A stretch of 64,000 nucleotides of DNA from Fimbriimonadia bacterium (lineage in GTDB: Bacteria > Armatimonadota > Fimbriimonadia > Fimbriimonadales > JABRVX01): assembly GCA_041483895.1 (NCBI GenBank), contig JBGPGO010000001.1, forward strand, positions 32,001 to 96,000, in the 5' to 3' direction. This document shows, one piece after another, positions 1-8,739 of this stretch (within the stretch, counting starts at the first letter, position 1; every line of letters begins with the position of its first letter). The translations under genes were made by a program, and so were the position numbers. The notes below the pieces were generated by a model, which made no database searches, was not told the origin of the DNA, and saw only the letters and a list, made by a program, of their open reading frames with translations.

Positions 1-1125
1 ATATGCTTCGATGGAAAGTTGGAGGCCGCTTCTGTGCGCCAGGTCACGGAAGTGACCGGCGTAGTTGTCAACAAGGAGATCGGAGACGGTCTGCCGCACG
101 TCCCAAAGGAACCGTTCCGACACTTCCAAACTGTCTACCACCCGGCCCGTCATCACCGGTAGAAAACGCAGCGGGTCATAGCCCCGCAGCCGCTGGAATT
201 CTTCGCGAAAGCGCGGCGTCCAGTTCTGAGAGCCGACCTCCCAACTGTCGATATGCGTCCGCACAAGCGTCTTCCCTGCAAGGGGCCCGACGTCGGCGAT
301 GAGCTTCGCCATAAGGCCATTGAAGTGCGCTTCCGTCGCTTCCTTGCTCAGCTTGTCGCAATCCAGGCCACGGCCGTCGAGCGGCGCGGGTTGGTTGTTT
401 GCGCCGGTGGGCGTGTGGCCAATTCGCAGCAAGGTCCAGTTTCCGGCTGGCGCGTCCCAAACCAGATGTCCGTTCGCGTCCATCCGTGTCGTCAATTCGA
501 TAACACGGTCCGGAGGAATCGCCGCTCCCGCCGGGATCGCCGGGTACTTCGGTTGGGTCGCTATCTCCTGTCTGATGAGCGCGGACTTGCCTGCGATGTC
601 TTCAATCCTGTACCCATCGGGTGTCGGGAATGCGAGAACGGCGATATCGTGGTAGGCGCCGGCCACCTTCTTTGGTTCGGGCAGCGCTCCGTCGAATCGC
701 ATCGGGCCCGCGACCTGCGTTTCGCTCCACACAACCTTTTGCATGGAGAGGTCAGGGGTGATCCAGGGGCCGCCGCTTCCACACCATCCGGCGTCGTTGT
801 TCATGTTGATCTCTAGGCCCAGCCGGTCCGCCTCGGAGACGACGTGCTTGAAAAGCTCGCGCCATTGGGGGCTGCCAAACCCCACGGGACCCTTCGGTGA
901 GCCCTGATCCACTTCCATAATCAGCGCGCCGCCGATGCCGACCCTCCGCATGGCTTCGAGGTCAGCCGTGATCCCTTCCCGGGTGATGTTGCCGTTGAGC
1001 CAGAACCAGTAGACCCATGGCCGCGCGGAATCGGGCGGGTGGAGGAAGCCCTTAGCGAGGTCGTCGGCCGGCGCCTGCAACGCGGTCATCAGGAACAGTA
1101 GAGCAAAAGTAATATAGATTTTCAT
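1..1125 (-). CDS. Secreted glycoside hydrolase, GH106 (alpha-L-rhamnosidase-like); 3' end runs off the window
   Basis: Not in the ORF track. My translation from ATG 1125 (GGAGG RBS upstream) gives MKIYITFALLFLMTALQAPADDLAKGFLHPPDSARPWVYWFWLNGNITREGITADLEAMRRVGIGGALIMEV...NNDAGWCGSGGPW, the typical GH106 N-terminus with a signal peptide. Confidence 0.85.
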   Translation of the reverse strand, partial: MKIYITFALLFLMTALQAPADDLAKGFLHPPDSARPWVYWFWLNGNITREGITADLEAMRRVGIGGALIMEVDQGSPKGPVGFGSPQWRELFKHVVSEADRLGLEINMNNDAGWCGSGGPWITPDLSMQKVVWSETQVAGPMRFDGALPEPKKVAGAYHDIAVLAFPTPDGYRIEDIAGKSALIRQEIATQPKYPAIPAGAAIPPDRVIELTTRMDANGHLVWDAPAGNWTLLRIGHTPTGANNQPAPLDGRGLDCDKLSKEATEAHFNGLMAKLIADVGPLAGKTLVRTHIDSWEVGSQNWTPRFREEFQRLRGYDPLRFLPVMTGRVVDSLEVSERFLWDVRQTVSDLLVDNYAGHFRDLAHRSGLQLSIEAY

Positions 1126-1466
1126 AAGACGGTACCTCCATGTTCGCCGCTCGCATGCACTTGTCATTTTCCACCTCTCAATGAGTAAGGCCGGCGCGGG
1201 CAGTCGGCAACAAAACGAGCTTACCCATTCGGCTCGATGCTTATTCGCAGTTTTCGAAAGGTGGCGCGCGATGGGTCCATATTAGGAATTGTATCTCATC
1301 TGGATCTGAGCATCGGAGAGTTCCATTTGGGTCATGGTTCCGATGGTTGGGCGTTGATCGAACTAATGCTTAAAGGTCGGGCGACTAGGCTGCTATCTGA
1401 GTTGGCGTGACCGGTACGGCTCCCCTGGCCAAAGGACCAATCACCGACAGGTTCGATTCCGACAAA

Positions 1467-3905
1467 CTACGAAACGTAAAGGCCCTCGATTTGCACGACA
1501 ATCCACTTATCGCCGAATTTGCGTAGCTCGACGTCATTGCCTCGTCCGTTCAGGCCGTTGTAATACTCTGTAAGCGAAACTCGCGCGCGAGCACGGTCAG
1601 AGCTAAACAAGGGCTGAGACTCATGTTCATTCCATGGTCTTGCCTTGTGATCGAAGCCCAAATGAGGCGCGCCAATTGTGACAAACGCCGCTCCGTTCCC
1701 ATACGGGATCTGTCCGCTCCCGGAACAAAACACAATGCCATTGAGCCCCAAAAGCTCAATTGGTTTCATCCCTTCTGGTAGGGTGACAAAACAGACCGAG
1801 GGTCCGTGTCGAAATCGGAACTGCGCCTCGAACGCTGCCCATACAACCTGCTCCGCATCATTGAGAGGCCTTGGACCCACTAGGGGGTTTGCGTCCTGAC
1901 CATCGGGTATGCCGTCCTTGTCCATGTCTGGATTGGTCGGAATTGTGCCCAATCGCTTTTCTTCGATGTCGGTCAGTCCGTCGCCATCGCTGTCTGCATC
2001 AAGTTTCTGGCCTGCAAGTTTCTTGACCAGCTCCTTTACGTCGGGATCCGGCTCGGGGGTGCCATGCAGCGGACCGCCTTCGCTGTATAGAGTGTGGCCG
2101 GTGAAAACGGGCTTGGACCAGTTGCCATCAGTTTTGTGTGTTAACCAAAGGTCGCCGCCATTGCCTAGGACGCCACTCGCAACGAGGGCCCAATGGACAC
2201 TCTTCGCGTCAGCGTACTCCGCACGGATCGACCGCTTGTCCACCTTGACTTCGGCTCTCGTAAAAGTCCGATCGGTGGATCGCCAAGATAACACGGCTTC
2301 GAGCCCAACCTCACCGCCTGTGCGAGCGAGATTGGTGTAGGCGTCGTGACGGAAGTAGCCGTGCGGATCCGGTTTGCTTCCGTTGAGCACGTCGATCATG
2401 TATGCGACGGCTTGTGGGTCAGAGGAGTTCTTCAAGAACTGGATCGCGTGCTCTGGCCTTGGCTTCTTCACTTGCTCAAGAAAAATTGGAACCGCACGAT
2501 CATCACCTAAGGTCAATATCTCTAGCAAGAGATCTCTCGCCCGATCGTTTTTCGCATTTGCCGCCGGAAGCGCCGCGGTGATTTCGCCGGTTAGTTCCTT
2601 CCGAAATCCTTTCCCAATGGCGCGCTGGAGATCGTACATGATTGAATACGCCTTATCGGCGCCTGGCTCCAATTCCTCCTTTTCTGAAGCGATTCTGGCT
2701 GTCTCGAAAACCTTCTCCTGTCGCTTCCACTCTTCAAGCGCCGCGCGGAAGCCTTCGTCCCCATACTGATCGAACCGCCGCCTGTCGTCATAGGACGAGT
2801 GTTCAATGGTGCGAACGAGTCGCTGAAGGTCGGCTTGGCGCGCAGCCGGATCGGTTGGCAAAGCTTCCGGCGCACCTGGCACGAATTTCGCGATGCCTTC
2901 GCCACCGACAATGATTAAACCGTCTGGGGTAGGATAGAACCGCTCGGCAAAGTTGAACGCCAATTCATACGACCATTTGATCTCGCCGTCACTTCCGATC
3001 GCGAGAAGTTTGCCTCCTCTCGCCGCAGCCCATAGCGTTTCGCCCACCATACCGAGTCCATCAATGTTCGCACTGAAGTGTTCATCTACAGGGACTCTCC
3101 AACGATCTCTGCCTGTTGCATTATCAATGGCAACCACGGAACCGCCAATCGATGAGACAATCAAATCATTCCACGCCATCTGCGTCCGATAAGAATCCAA
3201 TCGAACCTCGCTTTTCCATAAGAGCTTTCCATCAACCGGATTCAAACACCGAATGACGCGATCATCGAAGACAAGGAGCTTCCCGCCAACATCGATGATC
3301 GGCGTGTACATCATGCCCCTCGACGGCGCAATCTTGGCCAGCCAAATCTTCTTGCCCGTTGCAACCGAGGCGCAAATCAGTGACCCTGTCTTCACCACCA
3401 GATAAAGACGTTCCCCGATCATCAGCGGCTCTTGCTCGCCGGCCGCCCAATCACTCTTCCAGATCACGGATCCATTCTTGGCCGAAAATGCGCCCAAATT
3501 GCCGTTTGGCAACTTCCCGAACAACCGATCGCCAACACCGCCGAAACCATAGGCTTTTTGTGACGCCGGCTTCTTCCACATGAGCTTGCCGCTCATACGA
3601 CTAAAAGCGCTCATCTCGCCGTTCGACACCACGACGATTGCGCTTTTGCAAACAACGAAGCTCTCAATGTAGCCGTTTTTGCCTCCGACCTTTTGCATCC
3701 AGAGGCGCTTGCCGTCGCTTAGCCGAATGCTGCCGTATGAATCAAGGGTGTGGTGGAAGGCAACCGATCCTGAGATCCAGATTTCGTTAACCTGATTCTC
3801 CGTGGGCACCAGCCAGCTCCGACGGAACGGCGGCCTCATTTCGGGATCGGCGGCAACAACTAGAAGCGGAAGCAAGGTAGCAAGAAGAGCGAGCAGATAG
3901 CGCAT
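1467..3905 (-). CDS. Secreted PQQ-like beta-propeller protein with a HEAT-like helical region and a TSP3-like Ca-binding motif
   Basis: Likely start MRYLLALL (ATG 3905, GGGAGG RBS, signal peptide). Repeated 'A.D..TG...W' propeller motifs, then DADSDGDGLTDIEE...GT.P.NPDMDKDGIPDGQD. Confidence 0.75.
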   Translation of the reverse strand: MRYLLALLATLLPLLVVAADPEMRPPFRRSWLVPTENQVNEIWISGSVAFHHTLDSYGSIRLSDGKRLWMQKVGGKNGYIESFVVCKSAIVVVSNGEMSAFSRMSGKLMWKKPASQKAYGFGGVGDRLFGKLPNGNLGAFSAKNGSVIWKSDWAAGEQEPLMIGERLYLVVKTGSLICASVATGKKIWLAKIAPSRGMMYTPIIDVGGKLLVFDDRVIRCLNPVDGKLLWKSEVRLDSYRTQMAWNDLIVSSIGGSVVAIDNATGRDRWRVPVDEHFSANIDGLGMVGETLWAAARGGKLLAIGSDGEIKWSYELAFNFAERFYPTPDGLIIVGGEGIAKFVPGAPEALPTDPAARQADLQRLVRTIEHSSYDDRRRFDQYGDEGFRAALEEWKRQEKVFETARIASEKEELEPGADKAYSIMYDLQRAIGKGFRKELTGEITAALPAANAKNDRARDLLLEILTLGDDRAVPIFLEQVKKPRPEHAIQFLKNSSDPQAVAYMIDVLNGSKPDPHGYFRHDAYTNLARTGGEVGLEAVLSWRSTDRTFTRAEVKVDKRSIRAEYADAKSVHWALVASGVLGNGGDLWLTHKTDGNWSKPVFTGHTLYSEGGPLHGTPEPDPDVKELVKKLAGQKLDADSDGDGLTDIEEKRLGTIPTNPDMDKDGIPDGQDANPLVGPRPLNDAEQVVWAAFEAQFRFRHGPSVCFVTLPEGMKPIELLGLNGIVFCSGSGQIPYGNGAAFVTIGAPHLGFDHKARPWNEHESQPLFSSDRARARVSLTEYYNGLNGRGNDVELRKFGDKWIVVQIEGLYVS

Positions 3906-4110
3906 TTGACCCTCCCACCAATTAGACAGTAACTCAGGTCCGATCGGTTCATTCACCGGCGATAAATTGCCCGCGACGAGCCTAGAGGGATCCAGTTTGC
4001 TATCGAAAATCGCCATTATCGACACCATGGGGATATCAACTTGGCGCACAGCCTTCCCGGTTCGGCGCGTCCAGTGGCATCGTTCGGCGGGCCCCGCTCC
4101 AGCTCTTGGC

Positions 4111-4287
4111 AACACGGACCGTATGCGGAAATTATGCCGTGTGAACTTGCACATCATCTGCAACATTTCCGAGGATGGTGTACGGCCCTCGAACAGTTTG
4201 CGGGAGCGAACCCGGTACAAGAGTATTGACAGGACCGTGGGCGCAAAGGCGGGCGATAAACCGTTGCCACGACACGCCGCCGCCTAG
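4111..4287. repeat. Diverged direct repeat, copy A (copy B at 7070-7246, offset 2959 bp)
   Basis: Manual alignment: 21 differences in 156 coding nt, plus shared aacacggaccg beyond the stop codon. Confidence 0.9.
4132..4287 (-). pseudogene. Orphan 3' fragment (51 codons plus stop) of the nagB-like gene at 7091-8002
   Basis: LGGGVSWQRFIARLCAHGPVNTLVPGSLPQTVRGPYTILGNVADDVQVHTA* versus LGGGVSWQRFIARLCAHGPVNTLVPGSLLQTVRGTYTILGNVADDVEVHMA*; no matching 5' part upstream. Confidence 0.9.
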
Positions 4288-4390
4288 AAACGCCTTACTG
4301 AAGCCATGACCGATCGAATATGTCCGTTCTCGGTACCAATACAACCTGCACTCCGCATGGCGCGAGGAAGTCCAGCCCGCGCGGGGCCGC

Positions 4391-7009
4391 CTACTTCTCG
4401 TAGAGGGCAACCAACCTCACGCCGCCTGCCGGGACCGTCAGCGCGACGGCTCCGCCCGACGGTACGGGCGCGTCGCCCGTCGTCCACTCCTCGCAACGGC
4501 TGATGCGAAATGCCGGCCGGATTGTTGCGGCAACGCTCTCCCGATGATCGGTCTGCAGCATGCCGTGCTGAGGCTTAAAGACCCCGCGGTTGTTCAGGAT
4601 GGCAACGAGCCAACCGCCGTCCGCCAAATGGTTCAATGTCCATTCGACGTCTCCGTCTACGTGTATCGGCACAATCCCCGCCGCAAGATGCCTCATCAAC
4701 AGGCTAAGGATGGGCACGGGCCGCTCGTCGATGCCGAGCCCCAGCGGCACGCCCACACGAATGATCTGGCCCTTGCCGCGCTTTTCGAGAGAGGCAACCT
4801 GTTGTCCATCAACCGTGGCTAGTGGGGTTCCGCCCTTTAGGACGACGAATCGGAAGCGGTTCGATGAGACGGCCGCGCCGGTCATCTCCCAGCGAAACTC
4901 GCTGGCAAGCCCCAAGGACTTTCCCGCTATGCCGAACTGCCCTCCTGATTGGCCGGCGCATACGACGACAGTGCCGCCTCCAGCAACGTAGGCATCCAGC
5001 GCGCGCTCCCATTCCTTGTTCAGCGGCACCTCGCCGGCGAGGACCACGGCGCGGTAATTCGACAGCACGTCCGTACGCCCTTTCGCGGTGACAATGACGT
5101 CGAAGATGTCGCCGAAAATGCCGTTGACATAGGTCTGGCGGACACCGCTCGATGGTTCATTCTGCGTCTCTGGAGCGGGGAAATAGGCGATGTCGAACCA
5201 GCCGCGGATGGACGCCTCGTGCGGACCGGGTGCAAGCACCGCCGGGTTCAGTTTAGGGTCGAGCCCAAACCCGCCCGGCTGCATCCGCTCCTGGCTCCAA
5301 CCATGTGCCTGATCGAGCAGGAATGCGATCGGCGCGTACTGTTCTCCACGGGGATGTTCACGTGCAAGGCGGATCGCCGCCTCTGCCACCTTACCCTTGG
5401 GTGATAGCTGCACCGGGAAGCCATCGCCAGCCACGCCGCCGCCTGGCTTCCAAAAAAGGTCCACTCCTTGCTCGTTGTAGAACGCGTCCGCACCCGCAAG
5501 CCACCAAAGCACGTAGTCTTTGTACAGCCAGTTCATTCCTGCACCTGCCCAAACGTCGTACTGGTTGTCCAGCACGTAGCGGGACGATCCGGGGTAGAAG
5601 TACGATTCACGGGAGAACATGCTCGCGGAGTCACCTAAATTACACGACTGGTAATCCACGATTCTCGCGCCGAACTGCCGAGCGGCCCCGCGTAGGAAGG
5701 CCAGCCTGCGCGCGAGTGAGGGCGAGTTGCCGGTGTTCTCATGACCGATACGCTTCGTGCCCCAATCGCACAGAGAATGCACGTATGTCTCCGCATTCGC
5801 AGAGAGGCAGGAAACGACTTCGCTCCAGGGGTTCGCGTCGTCCTCGCCGAAAACGTCCCTGAACTTCGCGAACGTCGCCTTAGCGTTCTCCACTTGCAGG
5901 ACATCCAGCACGTCTTGACGGGTCTTCGCCTCTTTCACCTTCTTCTCCACGGCTTTCTCGTCGACCGCGGCATAAGCTATGTTCTCACCGGCAATGAATC
6001 CCGCGAAGCGGTTTGCGTACCGTAGCAGGTTTTGATGAACCGCTTTGCGGTCAGCGTCTTTCGGCCAGTTTGGCTCGCCGTAGTTGAGCAGGATCGCGAA
6101 TCGGGCGTCCGGATGCCCGTCCAGCCAGGCGAGGAAAGAGGAGCCGGCGCTGAAGGCTGATGGGTACAACGGGATGTGCACGACCGGCCCACTGAGCGGA
6201 TCGCTGTAGATTGGCGGGTTCTTACCGGCAAACGCCGCTCGAAAGTCGGCAAGGAGGGGTGGATCCACGGCATATGGCGACTCGATGTGCCCCGGATTCG
6301 TAAGTTCATCAAGCCACTGTGCTCCAACGTTCCACAGAAACGCGGGCTTCGGAGGCTCTCTGGTCGGCCGCAACTCCTGCGTGAGGAGCGATTCCACCAC
6401 GGCGGGCTTGCTGCGCAGTACCGCCCACGCCGGGCAGTCCGGCTTTTCCCTTCCGTTTGGGTGATAGGTGGGGTCCGTCGTAAAGCAAAGGCAGTCAACG
6501 TGGCGCCGCGCGCCTGTCGGGCCGGTGGTCTCAATACGCACATCGGCAGGACCCTCCTTCAAGTCCACTTTAGCTGACGCCCAACCGAATGCCCAATCCC
6601 ACATCAGCTTGTGCTGGTCCATCTCATCGACGACCGGCTTCTCGCCGAACACGATTCGCCGGCTACTCCCTTCTTGGCTGACGGCGATTACGAATTCCTC
6701 GCGTTTTGCGCGATAGTCGGCGTATCGGACCCACAGCGTGTATTGCCCCGCAATGGGTACTTCGATGCGGCGCTCCACAGACACTCCGGCCGGCTCGTCC
6801 GCGCGCGCGGCGATGGACATGAACTCACTCTCCCCGCCCTGGGTCCAGGCAGGCGCCGCATCCGGTCCGGCAAGCGCCCAAGAGCCCCTTGTCTGAGTGC
6901 TTTCGGGGAGAATTGAGAAATTGGAGCCTTCGAGAGGCCCGAACCACTCCGCCTCAAGCCAGATCGACTCTGGCGAGACTGCGAGAAGGGCGATCAGCGT
7001 GGCAAGCAT
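4391..7009 (-). CDS. Secreted hypothetical protein, possible glycoside hydrolase (CBM-like N-terminus, GH42 trimerisation/GATase1-like C-terminus)
   Basis: 872 aa with signal peptide. WLEAEWF...GQYTLWVRY...VDCLCFTTDP resembles a jelly-roll module; LSNYRAVVLAG...LDAYVAGGGTVV...GKGQII resembles the trimerisation domain. Confidence 0.55.
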   Translation of the reverse strand: MLATLIALLAVSPESIWLEAEWFGPLEGSNFSILPESTQTRGSWALAGPDAAPAWTQGGESEFMSIAARADEPAGVSVERRIEVPIAGQYTLWVRYADYRAKREEFVIAVSQEGSSRRIVFGEKPVVDEMDQHKLMWDWAFGWASAKVDLKEGPADVRIETTGPTGARRHVDCLCFTTDPTYHPNGREKPDCPAWAVLRSKPAVVESLLTQELRPTREPPKPAFLWNVGAQWLDELTNPGHIESPYAVDPPLLADFRAAFAGKNPPIYSDPLSGPVVHIPLYPSAFSAGSSFLAWLDGHPDARFAILLNYGEPNWPKDADRKAVHQNLLRYANRFAGFIAGENIAYAAVDEKAVEKKVKEAKTRQDVLDVLQVENAKATFAKFRDVFGEDDANPWSEVVSCLSANAETYVHSLCDWGTKRIGHENTGNSPSLARRLAFLRGAARQFGARIVDYQSCNLGDSASMFSRESYFYPGSSRYVLDNQYDVWAGAGMNWLYKDYVLWWLAGADAFYNEQGVDLFWKPGGGVAGDGFPVQLSPKGKVAEAAIRLAREHPRGEQYAPIAFLLDQAHGWSQERMQPGGFGLDPKLNPAVLAPGPHEASIRGWFDIAYFPAPETQNEPSSGVRQTYVNGIFGDIFDVIVTAKGRTDVLSNYRAVVLAGEVPLNKEWERALDAYVAGGGTVVVCAGQSGGQFGIAGKSLGLASEFRWEMTGAAVSSNRFRFVVLKGGTPLATVDGQQVASLEKRGKGQIIRVGVPLGLGIDERPVPILSLLMRHLAAGIVPIHVDGDVEWTLNHLADGGWLVAILNNRGVFKPQHGMLQTDHRESVAATIRPAFRISRCEEWTTGDAPVPSGGAVALTVPAGGVRLVALYEK

Positions 7010-7069
7010 GCCTTTACGATTCGGCTGGGGCTCTGCACCCCCTGCTCCGCGCGCTCCGTGACAGTCGGA

Positions 7070-7246
7070 AACACGGACCGGATTCCGACATTATGCCATG
7101 TGAACTTCCACGTCATCAGCAACATTTCCGAGGATAGTGTACGTTCCGCGAACAGTTTGCAAGAGCGATCCCGGCACGAGCGTATTGACGGGTCCATGGG
7201 CGCAAAGGCGGGCGATGAACCGCTGCCACGACACACCGCCGCCGAG
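7070..7246. repeat. Diverged direct repeat, copy B (3' end and 3' UTR of the intact nagB-like gene)
   Basis: Aligns without gaps to 4111-4287. Confidence 0.9.
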
Positions 7247-8002
7247 GTCACCGTCCAGCCAAAAGCTTCGATCTTTTGCCGAGACGATTTCCTTGGGACC
7301 GATGGTGTTTGCCCGTGGCGGCACCATGCTCCAGTCGCCGCCGAAGGAATGAAGCGCGTTCTGCATGATCGTCATGGGGGTGAGCTCCACGCACCGCGGC
7401 CCGGCTCTCTTGTATGAAGCAAGGTCTTCACCGAACTCAAACCCTAGGTCGGCTTCCCAAAAGGCGATGTGGCCACACCAGCCAATTCCGCCGTAGCAGA
7501 CGTCCGCGCCCCCTGCATCTTCGATCATCTTTCCGTAGTCCGTGATGACTTCTGTTGTCGGAAAGTGTATGTTTTCCGGCGTTGGGCGCAAAGAGGGGTC
7601 GATCTTCAGAAAAAACTGCTCCATCATCGTCTTTTGGAACGAGCCCGGCCAGTCGATTGGGGCCGTATTTCCGTCTTGATCGGCATATTCGTCCATGTTG
7701 AACGTCACGAGATTCCGGCAAGAGATGCGAAGCGAATTGATCATTTGGACCGCGATCTTATACTGGGGCATCGGTCCGACCGGAAGGATCATCACGATCT
7801 TGCCGCCGTCCGCCTCCTGAATTCGCCGAACAATATCGGTCGCAAACGCTGCATAGAATGTCATCGCGTCCGGTATCGTCTGGATTCGAAACTCGGGGTT
7901 GGCGTGTTTCGTGATGTCCTCTTTCTTGATCGCCCGAACCCGCGCACACGCCTCTTTGTCACGAAACGCGATGAACTTGGCTAGGTCGTACTTAAAACCC
8001 AT
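7091..8002 (-). CDS. Glucosamine-6-phosphate deaminase/isomerase (NagB-like) family protein
   Basis: Motifs ILPVGPMPQY, TFNMDEY, YGGIGWCGHIAFWE, VPGSLLQ; AGGAGG RBS. Confidence 0.8.
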   Translation of the reverse strand: MGFKYDLAKFIAFRDKEACARVRAIKKEDITKHANPEFRIQTIPDAMTFYAAFATDIVRRIQEADGGKIVMILPVGPMPQYKIAVQMINSLRISCRNLVTFNMDEYADQDGNTAPIDWPGSFQKTMMEQFFLKIDPSLRPTPENIHFPTTEVITDYGKMIEDAGGADVCYGGIGWCGHIAFWEADLGFEFGEDLASYKRAGPRCVELTPMTIMQNALHSFGGDWSMVPPRANTIGPKEIVSAKDRSFWLDGDLGGGVSWQRFIARLCAHGPVNTLVPGSLLQTVRGTYTILGNVADDVEVHMA

Positions 8003-8025
8003 CAGTGGTCCTCCTTATCGCAACA

Positions 8026-8739
8026 TCATGGGAGCAGGCGCCCCGCGGAAATTCGTGGCCATACGTCTGCACGGACAAATCCTTCCGCATACTGAGCCCC
8101 GCAGGCTAAGCCCCGAAATCTTCCCATAACCTCGATGAAATCTACGATGTCTATTCCGTTATAGTCCGTCAGCCATTCAAGCTGGCTCTTGTGGCATCCA
8201 AGCATACTTCGCTTTGTGTCTATGGTCTCGGTGATGTCCACATACTCGGTCGGCTGGCACCCTACGCCTGCCAGCGTGTCCATGTAGTAGAGCGCTGGGA
8301 TTTTGGCGTGTTCGGCAGTTGCCGTTTCCACGTTGGGGATTGCCGAAATAAACGTCGCAGCGAAGACGAGCTCGCTCACCGTACGGTGATCTTGATGATA
8401 ATCCTGCGGATGATGGGTGATGACGACGTCCGGTCGCGACTGCCTGATCATTTCGATGAAGCGCATCCGGGTTTCATGGCCTGGATAGATGAATTCGTCC
8501 TCGAAGTCAAGCCAGATCAGTTCCGCCCCCAGGATCGCCGCGGATTCTCCCGCCTCACGCTTTCTGATTTTTGCAAGCTCGGTGGGCTTAATCTGCTTGT
8601 GCCCCATGTTTCCGTTTGTGGCGACGCACATAATGACCGTGTCGCCGCGGGCCTTGCACCGCGCAAGGGTTCCCGAACACAGGATTTCAATGTCGTCGGG
8701 ATGAGCCCCGACGGCCAAAACGCGCAGTGGGCCGGCCAT
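8026..8739 (-). CDS. PIG-L/LmbE family N-deacetylase
   Basis: AHPDDIE and HQDH metal-binding motifs, R..E in the N-terminal half, CHKSQ. Confidence 0.9.
   Translation of the reverse strand: MAGPLRVLAVGAHPDDIEILCSGTLARCKARGDTVIMCVATNGNMGHKQIKPTELAKIRKREAGESAAILGAELIWLDFEDEFIYPGHETRMRFIEMIRQSRPDVVITHHPQDYHQDHRTVSELVFAATFISAIPNVETATAEHAKIPALYYMDTLAGVGCQPTEYVDITETIDTKRSMLGCHKSQLEWLTDYNGIDIVDFIEVMGRFRGLACGAQYAEGFVRADVWPRISAGRLLP

Noticed and set aside
1440..1466. tRNA fragment or att site (ggttcgattcc)
   Set aside because: Only a T-loop-like 11-mer with no pairing stem, and it does not match the tRNA-His 3' end.
3906..4220. N-terminal extension of the 917-aa ORF
   Set aside because: It overlaps the nagB 3' remnant in another frame; RBS and signal peptide point to ATG 3905.
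4132..7246. Diversity-generating retroelement TR/VR pair
   Set aside because: Differences are mostly at third codon positions and involve all bases rather than adenines only, and there is no reverse transcriptase in the window.
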